Source: Hydrolagus colliei (lineage: Eukaryota). From it: a DNA stretch of 64,000 nucleotides. The translations under genes were made by a program, and so were the position numbers. The stretch's first letter is position 1. Each line of letters starts with the position of its first letter. Below are positions 35,851 to 47,600 of the stretch, piece after piece. The stretch is from assembly GCA_035084275.1 (NCBI GenBank), contig CM068771.1, positions 620,001-684,000 on the forward strand, in the 5' to 3' direction. The notes beneath the pieces were generated by a model that did no database searches, was not told where the DNA came from, and saw nothing but the letters and a program-made list of their open reading frames with translations.

Positions 35851-37493
35851 TTTATACATATGTGTTTGTCAATGGTGAACAAAGCATAGTTCCCACAAAG
35901 CTCAGATTGTGTATGCAATCAGTCTCAGCTGCCCTGCCATAGTCCCAGACATGTTCGATATTATTTTATTATAAATTTTATATATTTTATTATTATTCAC
36001 CTCTTTCTACATCTGCACTGAATTCCCACTCAGTTTGCTCCTTACTCTGCTGCTCTCAGTGACTATGTGTGTGCTTTCTTCCATGTCCACCACATTGCCC
36101 ATCTTCACCTATCCCTCAACCTAACAGCTGCTGAAACCCTGGTCTTTGTTACTTCTGACTGGGCTACTCTAACACCCTCCTAGCCAGTCTCCCCTCCTCC
36201 ACCATCCACAAAATTTAACTCATACAAAACTCCATCACCCACATTCTCACCCTCACCAAACTTTGAAACACTATTACCCCAGTCCTCGCCAGACTTCACT
36301 GGCTCCCTGTCACAGAATAGATCGACTTCAACATCCTTACTCTTATGTTTAAATCCCTTTATTCCTCTGCACCTCAATACCTCACTAACCTCCTCTATCC
36401 TAACAGCCGTATCTGCCGCCTCTGTTCTACTGGGTCTGGCCTCCTACTTCAGGCCCGTACGCAGGGGGGGTGCGACGGGTGCGTACGCACGCCCCCCCAA
36501 ATTATAAAAGGTCCACATTTTCCGGGTTAGAGAATTGTATTTTTTATCAAATTTAAACACCAAGTAAAGTAAATTTATTGAGCATTTGTGTAACAATCAG
36601 TTCTTCAAAACTATGTATAAATTATAAACACACATCTTTGAATGTTTTAATATTAATATAAAATTATCGAGTCGCACACCAGAATCGGCGTCTACCCAAA
36701 ACATACCGCGTCGATAGAGGAGTCAATAACGCAGCGAGTCTGTGACTCGTGACTGGATAAACATAGGTGCGCGCCAAGACTCAAATCCTCGTTTGGAAAT
36801 CATCCCGTAAACAGCCACAAGGGTAGCACCACTTCTGGAAGTTAAAATCATCTTTTCATCTGGTCACCGTAAGTAAAAATTGCTCAAGTTTTGAGAGGTG
36901 TGACTGTAATGCTAGCAAACAATGACAACATATTTACAAGCTTCTGAGAAATTAAAGCTTTTGAGAACCCAACAAAAAAGTTATATGCTGGACGGGAATG
37001 CCTATCTTTAAAAGAAATACTCATGGACGTAGACCTATGCTTTAGCGCCTATTCTACGTGGTGTGTCAATCGGAAATCATCCCGTATACAGTCACTACAT
37101 CAAAAGGTAGCACCACTTTGTGGAAGCTGAAATCGTATTTTAATCTGATAAATGTAAGTAAAAATGACTTAAGTTTTGATAGGCGTGTTTCTGAAATATC
37201 ATGTTTCTTGTTTTGTCTTGATTATCACATTTGATTTATATTATTAAAAATGTATTCCTGTAATTAAAAATTGCTTTTAGAGACGTCCATTGGCATGCAA
37301 AAAAAAATGACCGCAAAGATAAACAGTGCTACTTTATTTCACATTCCGTTTTGTACCCAGAGTGAAAAAACATCAATGTCGCACGAATTTGGCATAAAAA
37401 TAGTTTCACCATCATCTGATCGAGCGAACTCGGGCATTGACAACCACACTTCTCCACTGATCCCTTCTCTCCATGCAGCCTGAAAACTCCCGC

Positions 37494-37825
37494 CTGCCAA
37501 TACCCGAATCGCGCTCCAGAGTATCGATGTAGGTTAGGGTCGGTCTACCTCGTGTTCTGTGACCGTGCAATGGTTCCCATAGGATAGTAGCACTATGGAC
37601 AGTTTCCTCCCGGCTTCTCCAGCTATGTCCGCAAAACCTAAGACGCCTCTGCAGTAATGTCTGTGATACCAGTGTGGTAGTGTACCATATAGCTCACTAT
37701 TTGTCAGATGCTGTCGCCAGTAAACGTTCAGGGCGTCTCTTAGAAGCCTGGTATATACCTCATGAGTCACCTAATCTCCTGGTCAAGGTTTGCGTAAGTG
37801 TCCAGCATTCTGCTCCATATAGGAG
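37494..37825 (-). mobile_element. RTE-clade LINE C-terminal fragment inside the hAT element
   Basis: [34 protein letters not shown] and [22 protein letters not shown] motifs across frameshifts. Confidence 0.75.
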
Positions 37826-37945
37826 CGACTTTCAGCACTCGCGTTAATGCACATTCATTATAATATGGAAATCGATATTGGTAGAGTGGTTGACGTATTC
37901 GCTTCAAAGCGACCAAGGCGTCTCGAATATGGAACGCTATTAAAG
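37823..37945 (+). pseudogene. hAT transposase C-terminal remnant
   Basis: [35 protein letters not shown] resembles the RL..LAL..IH....D...V.D.FA...PRR end of Tip100/PRKRIR-type transposases. Confidence 0.75.
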
Positions 37946-38297
37946 AATTTCCCCTCCCTTATTTTTTCAAGTATTTTTTCGTCAGATCAGTATTGCTTGA
38001 TGGGTCACTTCCTTTAATTTTGATTCTAAATAAATAAATAAAAACTAACTACACTATTGCTCACAGTTCAACGATATTTTCAGGATAATGCTGATAACAG
38101 GCTTGTAACACGTGAGAATTAACTGTTTTACACTGATTTTCAGTTTCTGTTTATTTTCTTGTCTTTAATAAAATTTGCTTTGCTGGAATATCTGAGCACA
38201 TAATTCATACTTTACTCTTACATTATTGTTCATTACAGTCCGAAAGAAATTGAGTCTTAGGATAACAATGCAGAACAACTTATTAATTACTGTCAAT

Positions 38298-38551
38298 GGG
38301 ACAGTAATTAATATGCATTGCCTGGAATTAATATGCAATGCCTGGAATGCATTGCCTGAAAAGGTGGTGGAGGCTGATTCGATAACAACTTTTAAAAGGG
38401 AATTAGATCTTTATTTAGGGAGAACGGGTCTATTAGGCTATGGGGAGCGGGCAGGGCAGTGGGATTGAATCGCTGTTTTCAAAGAGCCGGCACAGACTAG
38501 ATGGGCCGAATGGCCTCCTGTTGTGCCGTAAAATTCTATGAATCTATGAAT
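38298..38551 (+). mobile_element. CR1 3' end insertion present only in hAT copy 1
   Basis: WNALPEKVVEADSITTFKRELD motif and attctatgaatctatgaa tail; absent from copy 2. Confidence 0.9.
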
Positions 38552-39299
38552 CTGTAGTTTATGATCATTTTCTCTTTTACGCATCCATTTATCAAGCATT
38601 CGTCATTGTACTGTTTTAATTGGATTGTAATTTACTTTATCGTTCACATTCCGTACATCATCGAGTCAACAATCGTGTTTGCTTTTATCGGCGAACACAT
38701 TCGACCTTCCCAAAAAATTTAGACGCGGACTACCGGGGAAAATAAAAACACTGAATAAATAATGATGCTCTTAAAAACCAAGGGCATGAAACATTTACCG
38801 TTCATATTGGATCTTCTGAACTGATTAAATACGACCTCAAACTGTGTAAAACGTCGGAGCCTCGAGGGGGCTTCGGGGGCAGACCGCAAGCCCCCGGCCA
38901 TTGTTGGTCCCATCACTAGCAATTCGCACCCCTCCATGAAAAATCCTGCGTACGGCCCTGTACTTGTCCCAGCCACTAAATCCCAAAGCTTTGGAAATCC
39001 CTCCCTCACCTTCTTCATAACCGCTGATCGCTCGCTCCTGGGTTTCCTGCGTGCGCACTTTGGCTGCCTCCCAGACCCGATCCACCCCCACCACCCTAAC
39101 ACCTCTTCTCCCATACCCCTCTATCTGCTACTCTCACTCTGTTATTTTCTCCCACTGTCCACCCCCACCTTCACCCCCACTCCCACTCTGCAACTCTTCC
39201 TCTCTGCCCTGCTCTCTCCCCGCGCTCCCTGCCTCCTATCCCCACTCGACCCCCCCCACAGCCTCCCTCTTCTCCAGCCTGGGAATCCTCCGCCAGGCT

Positions 39300-40030
39300 C
39301 ACCGTGGCACTCAGCGTTGGCTGTCCAGCAGCAGCCACACCGAATGCCCCTTTCCCCATCACCCCCTCCAGCCACCACAGACAAAGATCCGCAGGGGCTA
39401 ACCTTTCCTCTCTCATCTCCATCCCCACCACACCTGCCACACAATCCGGTACCCCCTCTCTCCCCACACACCCTTCTGTCAACTCCTCCCACTGCATTGG
39501 CCTCCAAAATGTCCACTCCTTGTGCAATAAGACCTTGGCCATCAACAATTTCAAACTCGATGAGAACGTTGATATCATGGCCCTCACTGAAACCTGGATC
39601 ACCCCAGGGGACACTTTCTCCCTCACAGAGGCCACACCACCTGGCTGTACATCCCACCACATCCCTCGCCCCAACTGCCGCGGCAGTGGCATGGCCCTCA
39701 TCTCTAGAGTGCCACTAGCCCTACCTCCCACTCCTCCAGTTCCTTCCCCTCCAGTGACCTCACCATTTCCCACTCCTCCCATCCCTCCCTCAAAATCCTT
39801 CTCATCTACTGCCCTCCAAAACCCTCCCCAGCCTTCATCTCAGATGTCTCAACTCTACTAGCCTCCCACTGTGCCTCCTCTGATTGCCTCATTATCCTCA
39901 GTGATTTAAATCTGCACTTCACTCCCTCCTGCTCCACCTCCTCAGAATTATCCTCCCTCCTCTCATCTCTCAGCCTCTCACCCCACATCCACTCCACCAC
40001 CCATGTTCATGGCCACCCGCTTGAACTGGT
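39300..40030 (+). mobile_element. L2 endonuclease-domain fragment
   Basis: LQNVHSLCNK...DIMALTETWIT...RGSGMALI and ILSDLN motifs. Confidence 0.85.
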
Positions 40031-40039
40031 GATCACCAG

Positions 40040-40540
40040 TAGATGTGGTATATATAGATTTTAAGAGGACATTTGATAAAGTGCCACACAAAAGGATTTG
40101 GGTGTCCTTGTACACCAGTCTCAAAAAGTTGGTTTGCAGGTGCAGCAAGCAACTAAGAAGGCGAACGGCATGTTAGCGTTCATTTCAAAAGGTTTAGAGT
40201 ATAAATAGGGAAGTCGTGCTGCAACTGGATAGGGCTCTGGTGAGACCGCACCTAGAGTATTGTGTGTAGGTTTGGTCTCCTTATTTAAAAAAGTACATAC
40301 TTGCCTTAGAGGGGCTGCAGCGTAGATTCACTAGGTTAGTTCCTGGGATGAGGGAACTGACCTATGAGGATAGGTTGAATAAACTAGGGCTGTATTCTCT
40401 AGAGTAGAGAAGAATTAGGGGGATCTTATTGAAACATATAAGATTCTTAAAGGGCTAGATAAAGTAAACAGTGAGGGAGTGTTTCCCCTCGTAGGAGAAT
40501 CTATAACCAGGTGTCATAATCTTAAAATTATGGGTCATTC
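40040..40540 (+). mobile_element. CR1 RT/C-terminal fragment
   Basis: [13 protein letters not shown]...LVRPHLEYCV...RRIRGDLIETYKIL motifs. Confidence 0.85.
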
Positions 40541-40863
40541 AACATTGAATCCTGGACGAGGACAAATTTCCTACAGCTCAACGTCAACAAGACAGAGGCC
40601 CTCCTGATTGGCTCGCGTCAGTGCCTCCGTACCTCTGGCGCCGACAACATCAGCGTTTAAGGCTGCTCTCTCCATCTCTCAAAGCCAGTCAGGTATCTCT
40701 CCTTCCCCTTCCAACTATCCCGACCCTCCCCCACCCTGCTCGTGTCCCGAACTAACTGTTCAGCATCTTGAGACGTCCTCCCGATGTAAAGGCGCTATAC
40801 AAGTGTAATTTTGTTGTTATTGTTGGTGTTCATCTCGACCGCTCCGACTGTCTTAAGGTCCTG

Positions 40864-41193
40864 GAGCTCCTGTGGCTCAGTGGTTAGAGCACTTGTCTTG
40901 TCAAGCTGGGGAGACCTGTTTTCGAATCCAGGCAGGTCAGGGCAAAACCTTGGGCAAGTTTCCTTACTACACACACACGCCTAATAATAATCCCTCCCAA
41001 AAAAAACACAATAATAAAATTGGTCATTTCAATCCACGACTGTCTGTGGGGCGCTGCTGTGCGCAATTGGCTGCCGCGATTCGCCCACAAATATATACAG
41101 TCAATTCACTTTACAGTATATTCTGTGAAGCGCTTTGGGATGTCGATAAGATGTGAAAAGCGCTATATCAATTGCAAGGATTATTATTATTAT
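40864..41193 (+). mobile_element. tRNA-derived SINE ending ~70 bp upstream of the beta X box
   Basis: Full head-body-tail structure. Confidence 0.9.
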
Positions 41194-41240
41194 AAGGTCA
41201 CCTTACCCCTTGGTATATAATGCAACTTGTGTGAGAAGGA

Positions 41241-41304
41241 GACGCTGGAGGATTAGGATCTGCCCAGAAACTGGTGATGCAGCGTCCAGAGCTGCTCATT
41301 GGTG
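41241..41304 (+). promoter_or_regulatory. Class II beta proximal promoter: X1 (41263-41276 CCCAGAAACTGGTG), X2 TGATGCA, Y (CTCATTGGTG 41295-41304)
   Basis: Resembles HLA-DRB X1X2 (CCAGCAACTGATGATGC) with an inverted CCAAT 18 bp downstream. Confidence 0.85.
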
Positions 41305-41588
41305 CCTTTGAGAGACACTTCACCTCCCACAGCAGCTCAGACACTGGACTCCAGCTCACACACAGACTCAGGACTGAGTCTATCTCACCCACAGACACAG
41401 GACTGAGTCCAGCTCACACACAGCCTGTAACAGGTACACACACAACCTGTAACAGACACAGCCTGTAACACACACACAGCCTGTATCACACACACACACA
41501 GCCTGTATCACACACACACACAGCCTGTATCACACACACACACAGCCTGTAGCAGACACAGAGCCACAGCCTGTAATAGGGATCGGTG

Positions 41589-41682
41589 ATGTCTCTCTCT
41601 GTCGCTCTGTCTCCGGCACTCCGCCTCCTGCTCCTCTTCTCCACCATCAGTGTCTTAATTCCAGAGCAGAACATCCTGGCTG
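41589..41682 (+). CDS. MHCIIB: Class II beta exon 1 (leader [31 protein letters not shown])
   Basis: First ATG after the X-Y promoter; hydrophobic leader; G|gtgagt donor in phase with exon 2. Too short to appear in the ORF track. Confidence 0.85.
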
Positions 41683-44600
41683 GTGAGTAACGGGGAGACG
41701 GCTCCGGGGGTGGGGGGGAGTGGGGGGGAGACCACAACACTGAGACCCTGACACTGAGACTGACTGATAATGAGACACTGACACTGAGACCCAGACAGTG
41801 ATTGACATTGAGCCGGGAAGCCTGATCCCAGATTGTGGGGGAAACAGGGAGGAGAGAGGAGAGGCTGACAGTAACTTACAGGGCGGCCAGTCTGGTGTTA
41901 CTGTGAGGAACAGGCAAGTGAGATGCTGGGAAATACTGGCCAGTTCCTCTGACTTTGTTTGTGGGTAAATGTTTGGAGGCAATACTGAGGGACAAGGTTA
42001 GTGAGGATTTAGGTAATAGTTTAATGTGTACAAGAACAGGCGTCGCTGTGAACACTCAGCAGGTCAGGCAGCATCTACGGAGAATGGAAAAGTGAGTCAA
42101 CGTTTTGGGTCCACGATCATTTGTCAGAGTTATGAGAGTTCTTTGAGGCAATCAGTAAACCTCTGGTAAAGGCAATGCTGGCGATGGTAGGTGGGGATAT
42201 CCAGTTATTTGATGAGGTGCCTCACAGAAGCCTCATACACTGAGGGCATTTGGAGTAGAAGGACAGGTAGTGGTTTGGACAGAAAGCTGGTTGAAGGACA
42301 GGAAGCAGAGAGGGTAACAGATGTGTTTTCCGTTGGCAGAAGGTATTTAGTGGCCTGGCACAAAATCTGTGTTGGGGTCTCTCCTTTCCTCGGTGTAAAT
42401 CAATCACCTCAACCTAGATACAGGAGGTTCAGTATATTGTGAGTCTTCGCTGTGGGCAGGAAGATGGTGGCAATGCTCTCACACATTTCATGCTGAGCTG
42501 TGTTGACCACAAGAAAACTCACAGGGGTTCCTGTTTCTGAGGATTCAGCTAGTGAGGCTCAAACCCACAAATTGAGCTGCATTACAACCCTGCAGAACCT
42601 GTCCAGAGCAAAGGTCATAGAATCATAGAACTCTCTCCCTCCTTTTTCTCTCTCCCTCTTTTTATTTCTCTCTCTCCCCCTCTCCTCCCTTCCTCTCTAT
42701 CTCTCCCTCTCTATTTCTCCCTCTCTATCTCTCCCTTCCTCTCTCTCTTTCTTTTTTCCCCTCTCTCTGATGGATACTATGTATTGCCTGTGTAGCCTGA
42801 CTGTATCGTGGGTTTATACACTGTTTTGGTCGGGGGTGGGGTGGGAGAAGGAGAGAGAGGCAGGGAGATGGAGGGTGGTGGGGAAAGAGAGGGAAAGGGG
42901 TGGGGGGAAGAGAGAGGAGTGCGAGGTGGAGAGAGAGGTGGGGGAGAGGAGGGGAGAGAAAGAGGGGGTGAGTTGATTAATTTAGTTGGAAAATCAGAGG
43001 AGTGGAGGGGGATTGGGTTTGGAGCCATTCAGATGCCAGACTGACTTGAGTGTGTGCGTGAAAGGGAGAGAGAGAGAGAGAGAGCGAAGGAGGGTGAGAG
43101 AGAAAGAAAGAAAAGAGGGAAAACCGACAGTGCCGCTTTAAGAGGAAAAAACTTCCTTCCGCCATTGTAGAAATTTGCTTTGTGATTTGTGCTGTGTTTA
43201 TATACAGTAATCAATATTTATTGCCTTTATTGGTAAGTACCCATATAATATTCTGTTATTATTTAATCTATTATTAATATGGTATGTTTAAAAATAAGTT
43301 ATTTTTTTTGTGTTGGGTTATCGACAACTTGCCACCAGAATATCCTGCATGCTGTTTAACCAGCATTGTCTAGATCCCGAGGTGCCAAATAAATGGGCTT
43401 TTACTGTAGATCACAAACATATCATAGAATCATAGAATCTTACAGCACAAAAGGAGGCCATTCAGCCCATCAAGTCTGTGCCGGCTCTTTAAAAAGAGCA
43501 ATTTAATCCCACTCCCCAGCTCTCTCCCCATAACTGTGGAAACCCGTCCTCCCCAAATAAATGTCTACCACTCTTTTAAAAATTGTTATCGAATTGGTCT
43601 CCATCACCTTTTCAGGCAATGCATTAGTGATTCGAACAAATCGCTGAATGAAAATAATTCTCCTCATCTCCCCTCTGCTTCTATTGTAAATTTGTGACCA
43701 CAAGTCACTGATACACCAACCAGTGGAAACATTTTTTTCTTATTAACTCTGTCGAATCCCCTCATGATCTTAAAACCCTCAATTTGGTCTCCTCGTAACC
43801 TCTGTTCCAATAAGAATAAACCTAGCCTCTCTAGCCTTTCCTCATAACTGAAGTCCCTCATTCCTGGTACCATCCTAGTAAATCTCCTATGCAACCTTTC
43901 CAATGCCTTAACATCCTTCCTAAAGTGTGGTGACCAGAATTGTACACAGTACTAGAGCTGAGGCCTAAACAAAGTTTTACAGAATTCAGTGAGGACTTCC
44001 TGACTTTTGTACACTATGCCCCAATTTATAACTCTATTTGTACTCTATGCCCCTATTTCCCTCCAGTTAGAAAAACATCTCTTTACCACCATACTTTGCT
44101 TTCTGTCTTTCAGCCAGTTCTGTAACCACGCTGCCACTATTCCCTTAACACTGTGGGCTTCAATTTTGTTTACAAGTCTTATGTCAGATATCTTTTGAAA
44201 ATCCATAAAAATAATAATAATAATCCTTGCATTTATATAGTGTTTAGCATGTCTTCTAAACATCTCAAAGCACTTCAAAGATTATACTGTAAAGTGAACT
44301 GACTGTCGAAATGCAGCAGTCAATTGTGCTCAGCAGTATCCACGCAACGAGTCATGGATTGAAATGGTCAATTTACTATTTTTTTTTAAGGATTATCATC
44401 ACATGTGTGGAGTAAGTAAACTTGCACAAGGTTCCACCTTGGCTGGAATTGAACCCAGGACTTTCGATTTTAAGGCAACCATTGACTTCAATTATTATTA
44501 TTATTTCTCAGTATTAGATCCAGCACTGCTTCTTTCCTGATTGAGCTGGAAACATACTGTTCTAGTATGATCCTGCACACATTTCAGGAATCCTTTCCAT

Positions 44601-47600
44601 TCCTTACCCTTTACGCTGTTATGTTGCCAGTTTATGTTAGAATAATTGAAGTACCACATTATTGGTACTACTCTATTGGTTTTGCAACTTTCTGAAATTT
44701 GCTTGCAGATTTGCTCATCTATCTCCTTCCCACTGCTTGGTTGACTTCAGTGTTTACTCGTTGCATTGCTGTTTATTCTCGCAGCCCACTGTGTAACTTG
44801 TTTGTCCTCTCTGAAGCTACATCCCAATTCCCTTCCTACCTTGATATTTGTTGAAACCCTTCCCCACAGCACCAATTCATCTCCCTGTGAGCACATAGGT
44901 CCCAGCCATGTTCAGGTGTAACCCATCCACCTTGTGCAGGTCCCACCTGCCCCAGGACGAGTCGCAATGCTCCAGGAACCCGAAGCCCTCCTTTCTGCAG
45001 CATCATCTTTTGATTCGACTGTAGATATTCACTTATACAAGGCATTGGGAGTAACCCACAGATTGCACCTTCGAGATCCTGCTTTTTGGTTTTCACTCTA
45101 GTTTGTGATACTCTCCCTGTAGCATATCAGCCCTTTTTTCCTCCCTATGTCATGGTTTCTAATATTGACCACACCTTAGAATCATAGAATCAAAGAATTT
45201 TAAGGCACAAAAGGAGGCCATTCGGCCCATCCAGTCTTTGAAAAGAGCAATTCAATCTCACTGCCCAGCTCTCTCCCAATAACCTAACAGACCTGTTCTA
45301 CCTAATTAAAGCTCTAATTCTCTTTTAAAAACTGTTATCGATTCAGCCTCCAGCACCTTTTCAGACAATGCATTCCAGATTCGAACAACCCGCTGAGTGA
45401 AAACATATCCCCTCTGCTCCCCTCTGCTTCGTTTTGAAACTGACCACGAGTCACAGATTCGCCCACCAGTGAAACAGTTTTTCCTTATTCACCCTGTCGA
45501 ATCGACTCATGATTTTATAAACCTGTTAGGTCTCATCTCAACCTTCTCTGTTCTAGAGAGAATAAACCTAGCCTATCTAGCTTTTCCTCTGAACTGAAGG
45601 CTCTCAGTCCTGGTACGATTCTAGTAAACCTTCTTTGTACACTTTCCAATGCTTAACATTATTTCTATAGTGTACAGAATTGAACACAGTATTCCAGCTG
45701 AGGCCTAACCAAAGTTTTATAGCGGTTAGTCAGCACTTCCTGACTTTTGTACTCTGTACCCCTGTTTATGAAGCCTAGTATCCCATATGCCTTCTCCACG
45801 GCTTTGTCTACCTGTCCTGCCACCTTCAAGGAGTCACTAACACAAATCCCCGGTTTCTCTGTTCCTTCATACACTTTAAAATTGTACTATCTAGCCTATA
45901 TTGCCTTCCCTGATTTCTTCTCCCAAAATGTATCACCTCACACATCTTTGCATTAAATTTCATCTGCCATGTCTCTGCCCACTTTACCATTTTATCTATA
46001 TCTTCTTGCAGATGGTTACTATCCTCCTCACTATTTACTATTCTCTCTAACTTCATACCATCTGCAAACTTGGAAACTGTGCTCCCTACATCCACTGCTC
46101 TTTTTAATATATATTAAAAAGAGCAGTGGTCCCAAAACCGATCCCTGGGAGATGCCACTGCACACTTCCCTCCAGTCTGTAAAACAGCCGCTCACCACAA
46201 CTCTCTGCTTTCTGTCTCGCAGCCAGTTGTGGATCCATGATGCCACTGTACTTTTAACGCTGTGGGTCTCTACTTTCCATAAGCCTCCCATGCGGCACTT
46301 TGTCAAATGACTTTGAAAAGTCCATGTAAACTGCATCAACTGCGCTACCCTCGTCCACCCATTCCGTTACCTCATCAAAAATTCTATCAGATTTTTAAGG
46401 CAAGATTTGCCTTTAACAAATCCATGCTTGCTGTCCTTTATTAGCCTATATCTTTCTAAGTGAAGATCTATCTTGTCCCTCATTATAGTCTCTAGAAGTT
46501 CTTGTAAAAGGCTGATGCAAAAGATTAGGGCCCATGGAATTAAGCGCAATATATTAGCATGGACAGAAGAGTGGCTAACAGGAAGAAAACAGAGAGTCGT
46601 GATAAAAGAGTCCTTCTCAGATTGGTAGGATGTGATTAGTGGAGTGCCACAAGGATCAGTGCTTGGCCTCAACAATTTTACAATATATATCAATGATCTA
46701 GACCCGGACATAGAACTTAAAATATTTAAAATCACGAATGACTCAAAGCTAGGTGGGATAGTAAGCTCCAAGGATGACACTAGAAAAGTGCAACTTGATA
46801 AGATTATAGGCTAAGTGAGTAGGCAAGACAATAACAACAACAAAATTACATTTCACGTCGGGTGGACATCACAAGGTGCTGAACAGTCAGGACGGGACCC
46901 AAGTAAGGGAGAGGGGCAGGATAGAGGGGAGTGGGCGAGTTTGGAGGGCAGCAGAAGGAACGGTCGAAGAGGAAGGTGGCAGGTGGAATATAAGGTGTGG
47001 AGGTGTGAAATTCTTCACCTAAGTAATAAAAAACAAAAAGCAGATTATTTTCTAGAGGGGGAGAGGCTAGAATAGTGTTAGCATTCTGAGGGATTTGGCT
47101 GTCCTTGTACACCAGTCACCAAAAGTTGATATGGAAGTACAGCAAGCAACTCGGAAGGCTAATGGGATGTTGGCGTTCATTGCAAAAGGGTTAGAATATA
47201 AGAGTAGGCAAGTCTTACTACAACTGTATAGGGCATTGGTGAGACCACACAATATTCTTATTGTGTGCAGTTTTGGTCTCCTTATCTAAGAAAGGATATA
47301 CTTGTCTTAGATTCAGCATATGCATGCAGCATAGATTCACTAGGTTAGTTCCTGGGATGAGGGGGTTGAGCTATAAGGATAGGTTGAGTAAACTCGGCTT
47401 ATATTATCTAGAATATAGAAATATTAGAGGTGATCTTGTAGAAACATGTAAGATTCTTGAGGGGCACGACCCAGTAGAGAATGGGAGATTGTTTCCCCTT
47501 GTTGGAGGAACTATAACTTGGGGTCACAGTCTTGAGAGTAAGAGTCAGCCTTTTCGAATAGAGTTGAAGAAACACTTCTTCACTCAGAGGGTAGTGAATT

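Larger units (their letters stand above)
36450..38960 (+). mobile_element. Non-autonomous hAT-derived DNA transposon, copy 1
   Basis: 16-bp TIR CAGG(C/G)CCGTACGCAGG (1 mismatch), TACTT on both flanks, hAT C-terminal peptide remnant inside. Confidence 0.85.
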
